A model generated the notes under the pieces. It did no database searches. It worked only from the letters and a program-made list of their open reading frames with translations, and was not told the DNA's origin. The translations under genes and the position numbers were made by a program. DNA of 64,000 nucleotides from Macrostomum lignano (lineage: Eukaryota): contig NIVC01001556.1 of NCBI GenBank assembly GCA_002269645.1, positions 62,001 through 126,000 of the forward strand, written 5' to 3'. This document shows, in pieces, positions 1 through 13,525 of this stretch; position 1 is the first letter of the stretch; the number at the start of each line of letters is the position of its first letter.

Positions 1-378
1 GCGTCAGTTCACTCGGCTCCCTGTCAGTCAGAATCCCTCAGTTCACTCTGCTCCCCATCAATCAGTCAGAATCCCTTAGTTCACTCTGCTCCCCATCAAT
101 CAGTCAGAATCCCTTAGTTCACTCTGCTCCCCATCAGTCAGAATCCCTTAGTTCACTCTGCTCCCCATCAATCAGTCAGAATCCCTTAGTTCACTCTGCT
201 CCCCATCAGTCAGAATCCCTTAGTTCACTCTGCTCTCCATCAGTCAATCCCTTAGTTCACTCTGCTCCCCATCAGTCAATCCCTTAGTTCACTCTGCTCC
301 CCATCAGTCAGAATCCCTCAGTTCACTCAGCTCCCCATCAGTCAGTCAGTCAGAGTCCCTCGGTTCACTCTGCTCCCC
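1..378. repeat. Tandem minisatellite, ~34-39 bp unit (agttcactctgctccccatc[aatc]agtcagaatccctt), cut by the window start
   Basis: About 10 directly visible copies with indel variants. Confidence 0.9.
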
Positions 379-799
379 ATCAATAATAGCTACTTTACTA
401 ATTCTGTGGGATAACTGCTGTTACCCTGGACTTACGTACCATACGCTCGTACAGTACATGTACGAGTATGTGAATATAATGCGGTTAAATATTTTAATAT
501 GTAGTGTGCATGATAAAGATTGCACTTTTCGTCCGTTCTGTACATAGGTATTTAATTTGGGCGAATCAGTTCGTTGAGTTCGCCTTTGTCCTTGCAGTAA
601 CTATTGAGAATGGATGGAGTTACTGAGAGCTCTTTTTGATTGGCTTCGCTGATTTCTGCTCAAACTTGTTGGCATCTATTTTAGTGTGCGGTTCTTCTGT
701 AACCTCTGATGTTATCAAAGATTTTTCAGACAGTGTTTAAGGTAGACTTTGATATTGGCGTTATCTTTTCTTCTCTTTGCATGTTTTGGACAGCTTGGA

Positions 800-2348
800 T
801 AGGGATCTGACATTGAATGGGGGATTCTAGTTAAATATAGGATCTGGGTAGAAATCTGACATTGAATGGGGGGTTCTAGTTAAATATAGGATCTGGGTAG
901 AAATCTGACATTGAATGGGGGATTCTAGTTAAATATAGGATCTGGGTAGAAATCTGACATTGAATGGGGGGGGGTTCTAGTTAAATATAGGATCTGGGTA
1001 GAAATCTGACATTGAATGGGGGATTCTAGTTAAATATAGGATCTGGGTAGAAATCTGACATTGAATGGGGGGGTTCTAGTTAAATATAGGATCTGGGTAG
1101 AAATCTGACATTGAATGGGGGGGGGTTCTAGTTAAATATAGGATCTGGGTAGAAATCTGACATTGAATGGGGGATTCTAGTTAAATATAGGATCTGGGTA
1201 GAAATCTGACATTGAATGGGGGATTCTAGTTAAATATAGGATCTGGGTAGAAATCTGACATTGAATGGGGGATTCTAGTTAAATATAGGATCTGGGTAGG
1301 AATCTGACATTGAATGGGGGGGTTCTAGTTAAATATAGGATCTGGGTAGGAATCTGGCATTGAATGGGGGGGGTTCTAGTTAAATATAGGATCTGGGTAG
1401 AAATCTGACATTGAATGGGGGGTTCTAGTTAAATATAGGATCTGGGTAGAAATCTGACATTGAATGGGGGATTCTAGTTAAATATAGGATCTGGGTAGAA
1501 ATCTGACATTGAATGGGGGGGGGTTCTAGTTAAATATAGGATCTGGGTAGAAATCTGACATTGAATGGGGGGGGTTCTAGTTAAATATAGGATCTGGGTA
1601 GAAATCTGACATTGAATGGGGGGGTTCTAGTTAAATATAGGATCTGGGTAGAAATCTGACATTGAATGGGGGATTCTAGTTAAATATAGGATCTGGGTAG
1701 GAATCTGACATTGAATGGGGGGGTTCTAGTTAAATATAGGATCTGGGTAGAAATCTGACATTGAATGGGGGGGTTCTAGTTAAATATAGGATCTGGGTAG
1801 AAATCTGACATTGAATGGGGGGGGAGTTCTAGTTAAATATAGGATCTGGGTAGGGATCTGACATTGAATGAGGGTTCTAGTTAAATATAGGATCTGGGTA
1901 GGAATCTGACATTGAATGGGGGGGTTCTAGTTAAATATAGGATCTGGGTAGAAATCTGACATTGAATGGGGGGGGTTCTAGTTAAATATAGGATCTGGGT
2001 AGGGATCTGACATTGAATGAGGGTTCTAGTTAAATATAGGATCTGGGTAGAAATCTGACATTGAATGGGGGGGGGTTCTAGTTAAATATAGGATCTGGGT
2101 AGGGATCTGACATTGAATGAGGGTTCTAGTTAAATATAGGATCTGGGTAGGGATCTGACATTGAATGAGGGTTCTAGCTAAATATAGGATCTGGGTAGGG
2201 ATCTGACATTGAATGAGGGTTCTAGCTAAATATAGGATCTGGGTAGGGATCTGACATTGAATGAGGGTTCTAGCTAAATATAGGATCTGGGTAGAAATCT
2301 GACATTGAATGGGGGGGTTCTAGTTAAATATAGGATCTGGATAGGGAT
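800..2348. repeat. Tandem minisatellite, ~49-54 bp unit (ggatctgggtagaaatctgacattgaatg[G]nttctagttaaatata) with a variable G-run
   Basis: About 30 near-identical copies; length variation is almost confined to the G homopolymer. Confidence 0.95.
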
Positions 2349-3009
2349 GTGATATTTATTAGTATTTAATTATATAAATATTTTCGTAAGGAATGTTTTT
2401 TGAGATTAGAATTTGCATCATGGATAGAAAATAGCGCTTGTTAGCCCTAATGATATTATTTAAAAAATTGCGTTAATTATTTTACAGACCTGTTTTCTTA
2501 GATCGATAAATGATAACCTTGTAACTATGCTAAATTGCCTATATGCTTGTACCTTAAAGATAAATGTTCTGTAACTGCTTTATTTTTCTACACAGAATCT
2601 ACAGTTAGTAATTAATGTTACTCATGTATATTCAGACTTTTCGCATGCAGGTTTGAAATGAAAATACACTACAGTAGTATTTCTTATGCACAGACCTAAA
2701 TTAGGTTAAATTATATATAGATTTTGTCACCCTGTGCGCGCGTTAATCATTGGGTGTTTATTGCTGAAGTTATTTTTGTAAATTTTCTTTTACAAACAAT
2801 CTTGAAATGCTGTACCAGCAAGATATTTAAAGTGGGTTAACACCAGCAAGATTTTTATGTTGGCCGACTTTGTGAAGCAAAGATTAGCCTTGTTAATCCG
2901 GCTGCAGACTGCAGCTTGCTGCATCCATTCGATAGTAAGTCTAATTAATACAAATTGCAAGTTTATTTAGTCCATTAATAATTGATTAACATGAAACTGC
3001 TCAGGAGAG

Positions 3010-6000
3010 TCAGTTAGTCTTCAGTCAGTCTACAGTTAGTCTACAGTAAGCCTTCAGTTAGTCTACAGTAAGCCTTCAGTTAGTCTACAGTTAGTCTACA
3101 GTTAGTCTACAGTCAGTCTACAGTAAGCCTTCAGTTAGTCTACAGTAAGCCTACAGTTAGTCTACAGTTACTCTACAATTAGTCTACAGTATAAGCCTAC
3201 AATTAGTCTACAGTAAGCCTATAGTTAGTCTACAGTAAGCCTACAGTTAGTCTACAGTTACTCTACAATTAGTCTACAGTATAAGCCTACAGTTAGTCTA
3301 CAGTAAGCCTACAGTTAGTCTACAGTTACTCTACAATTAGTCTACAGTATAAGCCTACAATTAGTCTACAGTAAGCCTTCAGTTAGTCTACAGTAAGCCT
3401 TCAGTTAGTCTACAGTAAGCCTACAGTTAGTCTACAGTAAGCCTACAGTTAGTCTTCAGTTAGTCTACAGTAAGCCTACAGTTAGTCTTCAGTTAGTCTA
3501 CAGTAAGCCTACAGTTAGTCTACAGTTAGTCTACAGTAAGCCTACAGTTAGTCTACAGTAAGCCTACAGTTAGTCTTCAGTTAGTCTACAGTAAGCCTAC
3601 AGTTAGTCTACAGTTAGTCTACAGTAAGCCTACAGTTAGTCTACAGTTAGTCTACAGTTAGTCTACAGTAAGCCTACAGTTAGTCTTCAGTTAGTCTACA
3701 GTAAGCCTACAGTTAGTCTTCAGTTAGTCTACAGTAAGCCTACAGTTAGTCTACAGTTAGTCTACAGTAAGCCTACAGTTAGTCTACAGTAAGCCTACAG
3801 TTAGTCTTCAGTTACTCTACAGTAAGCCTACAGTTAGTCTACAGTTAGTCTACAGTAAGCCTACAGTTAGTCTACAGTTAGTCTACAGTTAGTCTACAGT
3901 AAGCCTACAGTCAGTCTTCAGTTAGTCTACAGTAAGCCTACAGTTAGTCTTCAGTTAGTCTACAGTAAGCCTACAGTTAGTCTACAGTTAGTCTACAGTA
4001 AGCCTACAGTTAGTCTACAGTAAGCCTACAGTTAGTCTTCAGTTAGTCTACAGTAAGCCTACAGTTAGTCTACAGTTAGTCTACAGTAAGCCTACAGTTA
4101 GTCTACAGTAAGCCTACAGTTAGTCTTCAGTTAGTCTACAGTAAGCCTACAGTTAGTCTACAGTTAGTCTACAGTAAGCCTACAGTTAGTCTACAGTTAG
4201 TCTACAGTTAGTCTACAGTAAGCCTACAGTCAGTCTTCAGTTAGTCTACAGTAAGCCTACAGTTAGTCTTCAGTTAGTCTACAGTAAGCCTACAGTTAGT
4301 CTTCAGTTAGTCTACAGTAAGCCTACAGTTAGTCTACAGTAAGCCTACAGTTAGTCTTCAGTTAGTCTACAGTAAGCCTACAGTTAGTCTACAGTTAGTC
4401 TACAGTAAGCCTACAGTTAGTCTACAGTAAGCCTACAGTTAGTCTTCAGTTAGTCTACAGTAAGCCTACAGTTAGTCTACAGTTAGTCTACAGTAAGCCT
4501 ACAGTTAGTCTACAGTTAGTCTACAGTTAGTCTACAGTAAGCCTACAGTCAGTCTTCAGTTAGTCTACAGTAAGCCTACAGTTAGTCTTCAGTTAGTCTA
4601 CAGTAAGCCTACAGTTAGTCTTCAGTTAGTCTACAGTAAGCCTACAGTTAGTCTACAGTAAGCCTACAGTTAGTCTTCAGTTAGTCTACAGTAAGCCTAC
4701 AGTTAGTCTACAGTTAGTCTACAGTAAGCCTACAGTTAGTCTACAGTTAGTCTACAGTTAGTCTACAGTAAGCCTACAGTCAGTCTTCAGTTAGTCTACA
4801 GTAAGCCTACAGTTAGTCTTCAGTTAGTCTACAGTAAGCCTACAGTTAGTCTTCAGTTAGTCTACAGTAAGCCTACAGTTAGTCTACAGTAAGCCTACAG
4901 TTAGTCTTCAGTTAGTCTACAGTAAGCCTACAGTTAGTCTTCAGTTAGTCTACAGTAAGCCTACAGTTAGTCTACAGTAAGCCTACAGTTAGTCTTCAGT
5001 TAGTCTACAGTAAGCCTACAGTCAGTCTACAGTTAGTCTACAGTAAGCCTACAGTTAGTTTTCAGTTAGTCTACAGTAAGCCTACAGTTAGTCTACAGTT
5101 AGTCTACAGTAAGCCTACAGTTAGTCTACAGTAAGCCTACAGTTAGTCTACAGTAAGCCTACAGTTAGTCTTCAGTTAGTCTACAGTAAGCCTACAGTTA
5201 GTCTACAGTAAGCCTACAGTTAGTCTTCAGTTAGTCTACAGTAAGCCTACAGTTAGTCTACAGTTAGTCTACAGTAAGCCTACAGTTAGTCTACAGTTAG
5301 TCTACAGTAAGCCTACAGTTAGTCTTCAGTTAGTCTACAGTAAGCCTACAGTTAGTCTTCAGTTAGTCTACAGTAAGCCTACAGTTAGTCTTCAGTTAGT
5401 CTACAGTAAGCCTACAGTTAGTCTACAGTAAGCCTACAGTTAGTCTTCAGTTAGTCTACAGTAAGCCTACAGTTAGTCTACAGTAAGCCTACAGTTAGTC
5501 TTCAGTTAGTCTACAGTAAGCCTACAGTTAGTCTACAGTAAGCCTACAGTTAGTCTACAGTAAGCCTACAGTTAGTCTTCAGTTAGTCTACAGTAAGCCT
5601 ACAGTTAGTCTACAGTAAGCCTACAGTTAGTCTTCAGTTAGTCTACAGTAAGCCTACAGTTAGTCTACAGTTAGTCTACAGTAAGCCTACAGTTAGTCTA
5701 CAGTTAGTCTACAGTAAGCCTACAGTTAGTCTTCAGTTAGTCTACAGTAAGCCTACAGTTAGTCTTCAGTTAGTCTACAGTAAGCCTACAGTTAGTCTTC
5801 AGTTAGTCTACAGTAAGCCTACAGTTAGTCTACAGTAAGCCTACAGTTAGTCTTCAGTTAGTCTACAGTAAGCCTACAGTTAGTCTACAGTAAGCCTACA
5901 GTTAGTCTTCAGTTAGTCTACAGTAAGCCTACAGTTAGTCTACAGTTAGTCTACAGTAAGCCTACAGTTAGTCTACAGTTAGTCTACAGTAAGCCTACAG

Positions 6001-9000
6001 TTAGTCTTCAGTTAGTCTACAGTAAGCCTACAGTTAGTCTTCAGTTAGTCTACAGTAAGCCTACAGTTAGTCTACAGTTAGTCTACAGTAAGCCTACAGT
6101 TAGTCTTCAGTTAGTCTACAGTAAGCCTACAGTTAGTCTTCAGTTAGTCTACAGTAAGCCTACAGTTAGTCTTCAGTTAGTCTACAGTAAGCCTACAGTC
6201 AGTCTTCAGTTAGTCTACAGTAAGCCTACAGTTAGTCTTCAGTTAGTCTACAGTAAGCCTACAGTTAGTCTTCAGTTAGTCTACAGTAAGCCTACAGTTA
6301 GTCTACAGTAAGCCTACAGTTAGTCTTCAGTTAGTCTACAGTAAGCCTACAGTTAGTCTTCAGTTAGTCTACAGTAAGCCTACAGTTAGTCTACAGTAAG
6401 CCTACAGTTAGTCTTCAGTTAGTCTACAGTAAGCCTACAGTTAGTCTACAGTTAGTCTACAGTAAGCCTACAGTTAGTCTACAGTTAGTCTACAGTTAGT
6501 CTACAGTAAGCCTACAGTCAGTCTTCAGTTAGTCTACAGTAAGCCTACAGTTAGTCTTCAGTTAGTCTACAGTAAGCCTACAGTTAGTCTTCAGTTAGTC
6601 TACAGTAAGCCTACAGTTAGTCTACAGTAAGCCTACAGTTAGTCTTCAGTTAGTCTACAGTAAGCCTACAGTTAGTCTACAGTTAGTCTACAGTAAGCCT
6701 ACAGTTAGTCTACAGTTAGTCTACAGTTAGTCTACAGTAAGCCTACAGTCAGTCTTCAGTTAGTCTACAGTAAGCCTACAGTTAGTCTTCAGTTAGTCTA
6801 CAGTAAGCCTACAGTTAGTCTTCAGTTAGTCTACAGTAAGCCTACAGTTAGTCTACAGTAAGCCTACAGTTAGTCTTCAGTTAGTCTACAGTAAGCCTAC
6901 AGTTAGTCTTCAGTTAGTCTACAGTAAGCCTACAGTTAGTCTACAGTAAGCCTACAGTTAGTCTTCAGTTAGTCTACAGTAAGCCTACAGTCAGTCTACA
7001 GTTAGTCTACAGTAAGCCTACAGTTAGTCTTCAGTTAGTCTACAGTAAGCCTACAGTTAGTCTACAGTTAGTCTACAGTAAGCCTACAGTTAGTCTACAG
7101 TAAGCCTACAGTTAGTCTACAGTAAGCCTACAGTTAGTCTTCAGTTAGTCTACAGTAAGCCTACAGTTAGTCTACAGTAAGCCTACAGTTAGTCTTCAGT
7201 TAGTCTACAGTAAGCCTACAGTTAGTCTACAGTTAGTCTACAGTAAGCCTACAGTTAGTCTACAGTTAGTCTACAGTAAGCCTACAGTTAGTCTTCAGTT
7301 AGTCTACAGTAAGCCTACAGTTAGTCTTCAGTTAGTCTACAGTAAGCCTACAGTTAGTCTTCAGTTAGTCTACAGTAAGCCTACAGTTAGTCTACAGTAA
7401 GCCTACAGTTAGTCTTCAGTTAGTCTACAGTAAGCCTACAGTTAGTTTACAGTAAGCCTACAGTTAGTCTTCAGTTAGTCTACAGTAAGCCTACAGTTAG
7501 TCTACAGTAAGCCTACAGTTAGTCTACAGTAAGCCTACAGTTAGTCTTCAGTTAGTCTACAGTAAGCCTACAGTTAGTCTTCAGTTAGTCTACAGTAAGC
7601 CTACAGTTAGTCTTCAGTTAGTCTACAGTAAGCCTACAGTTAGTCTACAGTAAGCCTACAGTTAGTCTTCAGTTAGTCTACAGTAAGCCTACAGTCAGTC
7701 TACAGTTAGTCTACAGTAAGCCTACAGTTAGTCTTCAGTTAGTCTACAGTAAGCCTACAGTTAGTCTACAGTTAGTCTACAGTAAGCCTACAGTTAGTCT
7801 ACAGTTAGTCTACAGTTAGTCTACAGTAAGCCTACAGTCAGTCTTCAGTTAGTTTACAGTAAGCCTACAGTTAGTCTTCAGTTAGTCTACAGTAAGCCTA
7901 CAGTTAGTCTTCAGTTAGTCTACAGTAAGCCTACAGTTAGTCTACAGTAAGCCTACAGTTAGTCTTCAGTTAGTCTACAGTAAGCCTACAGTTAGTCTTC
8001 AGTTAGTCTACAGTAAGCCTACAGTTAGTCTACAGTAAGCCTACAGTTAGTCTTCAGTTAGTCTACAGTAAGCCTACAGTTAGTCTTCAGTTAGTCTACA
8101 GTAAGCCTACAGTTAGTCTACAGTAAGCCTACAGTTAGTCTTCAGTTAGTCTACAGTAAGCCTACAGTTAGTCTACAGTTAGTCTACAGTAAGCCTACAG
8201 TTAGTCTACAGTTAGTCTACAGTTAGTCTACAGTAAGCCTACAGTCAGTCTTCAGTTAGTCTACAGTAAGCCTACAGTTAGTCTTCAGTTAGTCTACAGT
8301 AAGCCTACAGTTAGTCTTCAGTTAGTCTACAGTAAGCCTACAGTTAGTCTACAGTAAGCCTACAGTTAGTCTTCAGTTAGTCTACAGTAAGCCTACAGTT
8401 AGTCTACAGTTAGTCTACAGTAAGCCTACAGTTAGTCTACAGTTAGTCTACAGTTAGTCTACAGTAAGCCTACAGTCAGTCTTCAGTTAGTCTACAGTAA
8501 GCCTACAGTTAGTCTTCAGTTAGTCTACAGTAAGCCTACAGTTAGTCTTCAGTTAGTCTACAGTAAGCCTACAGTTAGTCTACAGTAAGCCTACAGTTAG
8601 TCTTCAGTTAGTCTACAGTAAGCCTACAGTTAGTCTTCAGTTAGTCTACAGTAAGCCTACAGTTAGTCTACAGTAAGCCTACAGTTAGTCTTCAGTTAGT
8701 CTACAGTAAGCCTACAGTCAGTCTACAGTTAGTCTACAGTAAGCCTACAGTTAGTCTTCAGTTAGTCTACAGTAAGCCTACAGTTAGTCTACAGTTAGTC
8801 TACAGTAAGCCTACAGTTAGTCTACAGTAAGCCTACAGTTAGTCTACAGTAAGCCTACAGTTAGTCTTCAGTTAGTCTACAGTAAGCCTACAGTTAGTCT
8901 ACAGTAAGCCTACAGTTAGTCTTCAGTTAGTCTACAGTAAGCCTACAGTTAGTCTACAGTTAGTCTACAGTAAGCCTACAGTTAGTCTACAGTTAGTCTA

Positions 9001-12000
9001 CAGTAAGCCTACAGTTAGTCTTCAGTTAGTCTACAGTAAGCCTACAGTTAGTCTTCAGTTAGTCTACAGTAAGCCTACAGTTAGTCTTCAGTTAGTCTAC
9101 AGTAAGCCTACAGTTAGTCTACAGTAAGCCTACAGTTAGTCTTCAGTTAGTCTACAGTAAGCCTACAGTTAGTCTACAGTTAGTCTACAGTAAGCCTACA
9201 GTTAGTCTTCAGTTAGTCTACAGTAAGCCTACAGTTAGTCTACAGTAAGCCTACAGTTAGTCTACAGTAAGCCTACAGTTAGTCTTCAGTTAGTCTACAG
9301 TAAGCCTACAGTTAGTCTACAGTAAGCCTACAGTTAGTCTTCAGTTAGTCTACAGTAAGCCTACAGTTAGTCTACAGTTAGTCTACAGTAAGCCTACAGT
9401 TAGTCTACAGTTAGTCTACAGTAAGCCTACAGTTAGTCTTCAGTTAGTCTACAGTAAGCCTACAGTTAGTCTTCAGTTAGTCTACAGTAAGCCTACAGTT
9501 AGTCTTCAGTTAGTCTACAGTAAGCCTACAGTTAGTCTACAGTAAGCCTACAGTTAGTCTTCAGTTAGTCTACAGTAAGCCTACAGTTAGTCTACAGTAA
9601 GCCTACAGTTAGTCTTCAGTTAGTCTACAGTAAGCCTACAGTTAGTCTACAGTTAGTCTACAGTAAGCCTACAGTTAGTCTACAGTTAGTCTACAGTAAG
9701 CCTACAGTTAGTCTTCAGTTAGTCTACAGTAAGCCTACAGTTAGTCTTCAGTTAGTCTACAGTAAGCCTACAGTTAGTCTACAGTTAGTCTACAGTAAGC
9801 CTACAGTTAGTCTTCAGTTAGTCTACAGTAAGCCTACAGTTAGTCTTCAGTTAGTCTACAGTAAGCCTACAGTTAGTCTTCAGTTAGTCTACAGTAAGCC
9901 TACAGTCAGTCTTCAGTTAGTCTACAGTAAGCCTACAGTTAGTCTTCAGTTAGTCTACAGTAAGCCTACAGTTAGTCTTCAGTTAGTCTACAGTAAGCCT
10001 ACAGTTAGTCTACAGTAAGCCTACAGTTAGTCTTCAGTTAGTCTACAGTAAGCCTACAGTTAGTCTACAGTTAGTCTACAGTAAGCCTACAGTTAGTCTA
10101 CAGTAAGCCTACAGTTAGTCTTCAGTTAGTCTACAGTAAGCCTACAGTTAGTCTACAGTTAGTCTACAGTAAGCCTACAGTTAGTCTACAGTTAGTCTAC
10201 AGTTAGTCTACAGTAAGCCTACAGTCAGTCTTCAGTTAGTCTACAGTAAGCCTACAGTTAGTCTTCAGTTAGTCTACAGTAAGCCTACAGTTAGTCTTCA
10301 GTTAGTCTACAGTAAGCCTACAGTTAGTCTACAGTAAGCCTACAGTTAGTCTTCAGTTAGTCTACAGTAAGCCTACAGTTAGTCTACAGTTAGTCTACAG
10401 TAAGCCTACAGTTAGTCTACAGTTAGTCTACAGTTAGTCTACAGTAAGCCTACAGTCAGTCTTCAGTTAGTCTACAGTAAGCCTACAGTTAGTCTTCAGT
10501 TAGTCTACAGTAAGCCTACAGTTAGTCTTCAGTTAGTCTACAGTAAGCCTACAGTTAGTCTACAGTAAGCCTACAGTTAGTCTTCAGTTAGTCTACAGTA
10601 AGCCTACAGTTAGTCTTCAGTTAGTCTACAGTAAGCCTACAGTTAGTCTACAGTAAGCCTACAGTTAGTCTTCAGTTAGTCTACAGTAAGCCTACAGTCA
10701 GTCTACAGTTAGTCTACAGTAAGCCTACAGTTAGTCTTCAGTTAGTCTACAGTAAGCCTACAGTTAGTCTACAGTTAGTCTACAGTAAGCCTACAGTTAG
10801 TCTACAGTAAGCCTACAGTTAGTCTACAGTAAGCCTACAGTTAGTCTTCAGTTAGTCTACAGTAAGCCTACAGTTAGTCTACAGTAAGCCTACAGTTAGT
10901 CTTCAGTTAGTCTACAGTAAGCCTACAGTTAGTCTACAGTTAGTCTACAGTAAGCCTACAGTTAGTCTACAGTTAGTCTACAGTAAGCCTACAGTTAGTC
11001 TTCAGTTAGTCTACAGTAAGCCTACAGTTAGTCTTCAGTTAGTCTACAGTAAGCCTACAGTTAGTCTTCAGTTAGTCTACAGTAAGCCTACAGTTAGTCT
11101 ACAGTAAGCCTACAGTTAGTCTTCAGTTAGTCTACAGTAAGCCTACAGTTAGTTTACAGTAAGCCTACAGTTAGTCTTCAGTTAGTCTACAGTAAGCCTA
11201 CAGTTAGTCTACAGTAAGCCTACAGTTAGTCTACAGTAAGCCTACAGTTAGTCTTCAGTTAGTCTACAGTAAGCCTACAGTTAGTCTACAGTAAGCCTAC
11301 AGTTAGTCTTCAGTTAGTCTACAGTAAGCCTACAGTTAGTCTACAGTTAGTCTACAGTAAGCCTACAGTTAGTCTACAGTTAGTCTACAGTAAGCCTACA
11401 GTTAGTCTTCAGTTAGTCTACAGTAAGCCTACAGTTAGTCTTCAGTTAGTCTACAGTAAGCCTACAGTTAGTCTTCAGTTAGTCTACAGTAAGCCTACAG
11501 TTAGTCTACAGTAAGCCTACAGTTAGTCTTCAGTTAGTCTACAGTAAGCCTACAGTTAGTCTACAGTAAGCCTACAGTTAGTCTTCAGTTAGTCTACAGT
11601 AAGCCTACAGTTAGTCTACAGTTAGTCTACAGTAAGCCTACAGTTAGTCTACAGTTAGTCTACAGTAAGCCTACAGTTAGTCTTCAGTTAGTCTACAGTA
11701 AGCCTACAGTTAGTCTTCAGTTAGTCTACAGTAAGCCTACAGTTAGTCTACAGTTAGTCTACAGTAAGCCTACAGTTAGTCTTCAGTTAGTCTACAGTAA
11801 GCCTACAGTTAGTCTTCAGTTAGTCTACAGTAAGCCTACAGTTAGTCTTCAGTTAGTCTACAGTAAGCCTACAGTTAGTCTACAGTAAGCCTACAGTTAG
11901 TCTACAGTTAGTCTACAGTAAGCCTACAGTTAGTCTTCAGTTAGTCTACAGTAAGCCTACAGTCAGTCTACAGTTAGTCTACAGTAAGCCTACAGTTAGT

Positions 12001-12798
12001 CTTCAGTTAGTCTACAGTAAGCCTACAGTTAGTCTACAGTTAGTCTACAGTAAGCCTACAGTTAGTCTTCAGTTAGTCTACAGTAAGCCTACAGTCAGTC
12101 TACAGTTAGTCTACAGTAAGCCTACAGTCAGTCTACAGTCAGTCTACAGTAAGCCTACAGTTAGTCTACAGTAAGCCTACAGTCAGTCTACAGTCAGTCT
12201 ACAGTAAGCCTACAGTTAGTCTACAGTAAGCCTACAGTTAGTCTACAGTAAGCCTACAGTAAGCCTACAGTCAGTCTACAGTTAGTCTACAGTAAGCCTA
12301 CAGTTAGTCTACAGTAAGCCTACAGTTAGTCTACAGTAAGCCTACAGTAAGCCTACAGTCAGTCTACAGTTAGTCTACAGTAAGCCTACAGTTAGTCTTC
12401 AGTTAGTCTACAGTAAGCCTACAGTTAGTCTACAGTTAGTCTACAGTAAGCCTACAGTTAGTCTTCAGTTAGTCTACAGTAAGCCTACAGTCAGTCTACA
12501 GTTAGTCTACAGTAAGCCTACAGTCAGTCTACAGTCAGTCTACAGTAAGCCTACAGTTAGTCTACAGTAAGCCTACAGTCAGTCTACAGTCAGTCTACAG
12601 TAAGCCTACAGTTAGTCTACAGTAAGCCTACAGTTAGTCTACAGTAAGCCTACAGTAAGCCTACAGTCAGTCTACAGTTAGTCTACAGTAAGCCTACAGT
12701 TAGTCTACAGTAAGCCTACAGTCAGTCTACAGTAAGCCTACAGTAAGCCTACAGTCAGTCTACAGTTAGTCTACAGTAAGCCTACAGTCAGTCTACAG
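3010..12798. repeat. 9.8-kb satellite of 11-bp monomers (cagttagtcta / cagtaagccta / cagttagtctt, rare cagtcagtct[a/t]) with higher-order organisation
   Basis: Direct reading. Rare variants recur at 1969, 1980 and 3707 bp, all multiples of 11. The ORF track has no ORFs here. Confidence 0.97.
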
Positions 12799-13112
12799 CA
12801 ATAAGAGCGAGTTACATGTCGCAATCCTACACGCTCAAGATTATTTTATTTTCTCTTTCTTATCTCCTTTGTTCTCTATAAATCTCATCTTCTGTCTCCT
12901 TTCATGTCAATCCCATTTATTGTCTCTCATCTCATCTCATTCGATCCTCTTCTCTCTTGTCTATTCCCAATCCTTTTCTTTCATCTTGCCCGCAACCTAG
13001 ATGCTGTAATTCCCTAATGTCCCCTCCGTCAACCATGCTGCAATCCCATTGTTCATTACTGAGCTCTGAGAAAACACTTCATCACACGTACAATTCACTG
13101 TTGCACGGTCAG

Positions 13113-13486
13113 TGGCTCAGTCGGTAGCAGCAGAAGCCGCGGAGGCCCGTAGCAACCAGGCCGCCCTTCGGCTGGAATCCGCTGCGACGCTGTCCCAGCC
13201 AGTGGAGCTGCGACCAGACCGTCAGGCTGGAGTCTCCGGCACCGGCGTCAATCGGCCTCCACAGGACAGCGGCTACGCCAGCAGTCTGTACACCGATTCC
13301 CGGCTCATTGAACTGCTTCCTACTGGAGATGCTGCTACACCGTCGAACACTCTTGCAGTGTCCACTCCGCCATGGACGTCGATTTCGGAGTCCGTGACCG
13401 ATGCCGACTGCAACATGCTGAGCATTGGTTCCAGCGACGGGCCCGACTGCCCCGACTGCCCTGAGGCCAATGAGTCCCCTGAGTAA
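13113..13486 (+). CDS. Probable isolated coding exon of an unidentified gene (low complexity, Ser/Ala/Pro/Asp-rich)
   Basis: GC-rich stop-free frame (13112-13486) in AT-rich flanks; candidate acceptor gtcag|TG at 13112/13113; ends at TAA 13484-86 or a possible donor GA|GTAATA. No recognisable domain. Confidence 0.4.
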
Positions 13487-13525
13487 TATATGTGCACTGA
13501 TGGCTTCAAATTCGCCTTTAACTGA

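Noticed and set aside
800-2348. CRISPR-like regular repeats (also 57775-58680)
   Set aside because: Head-to-tail units with no unique spacers, no cas genes, and a eukaryotic context
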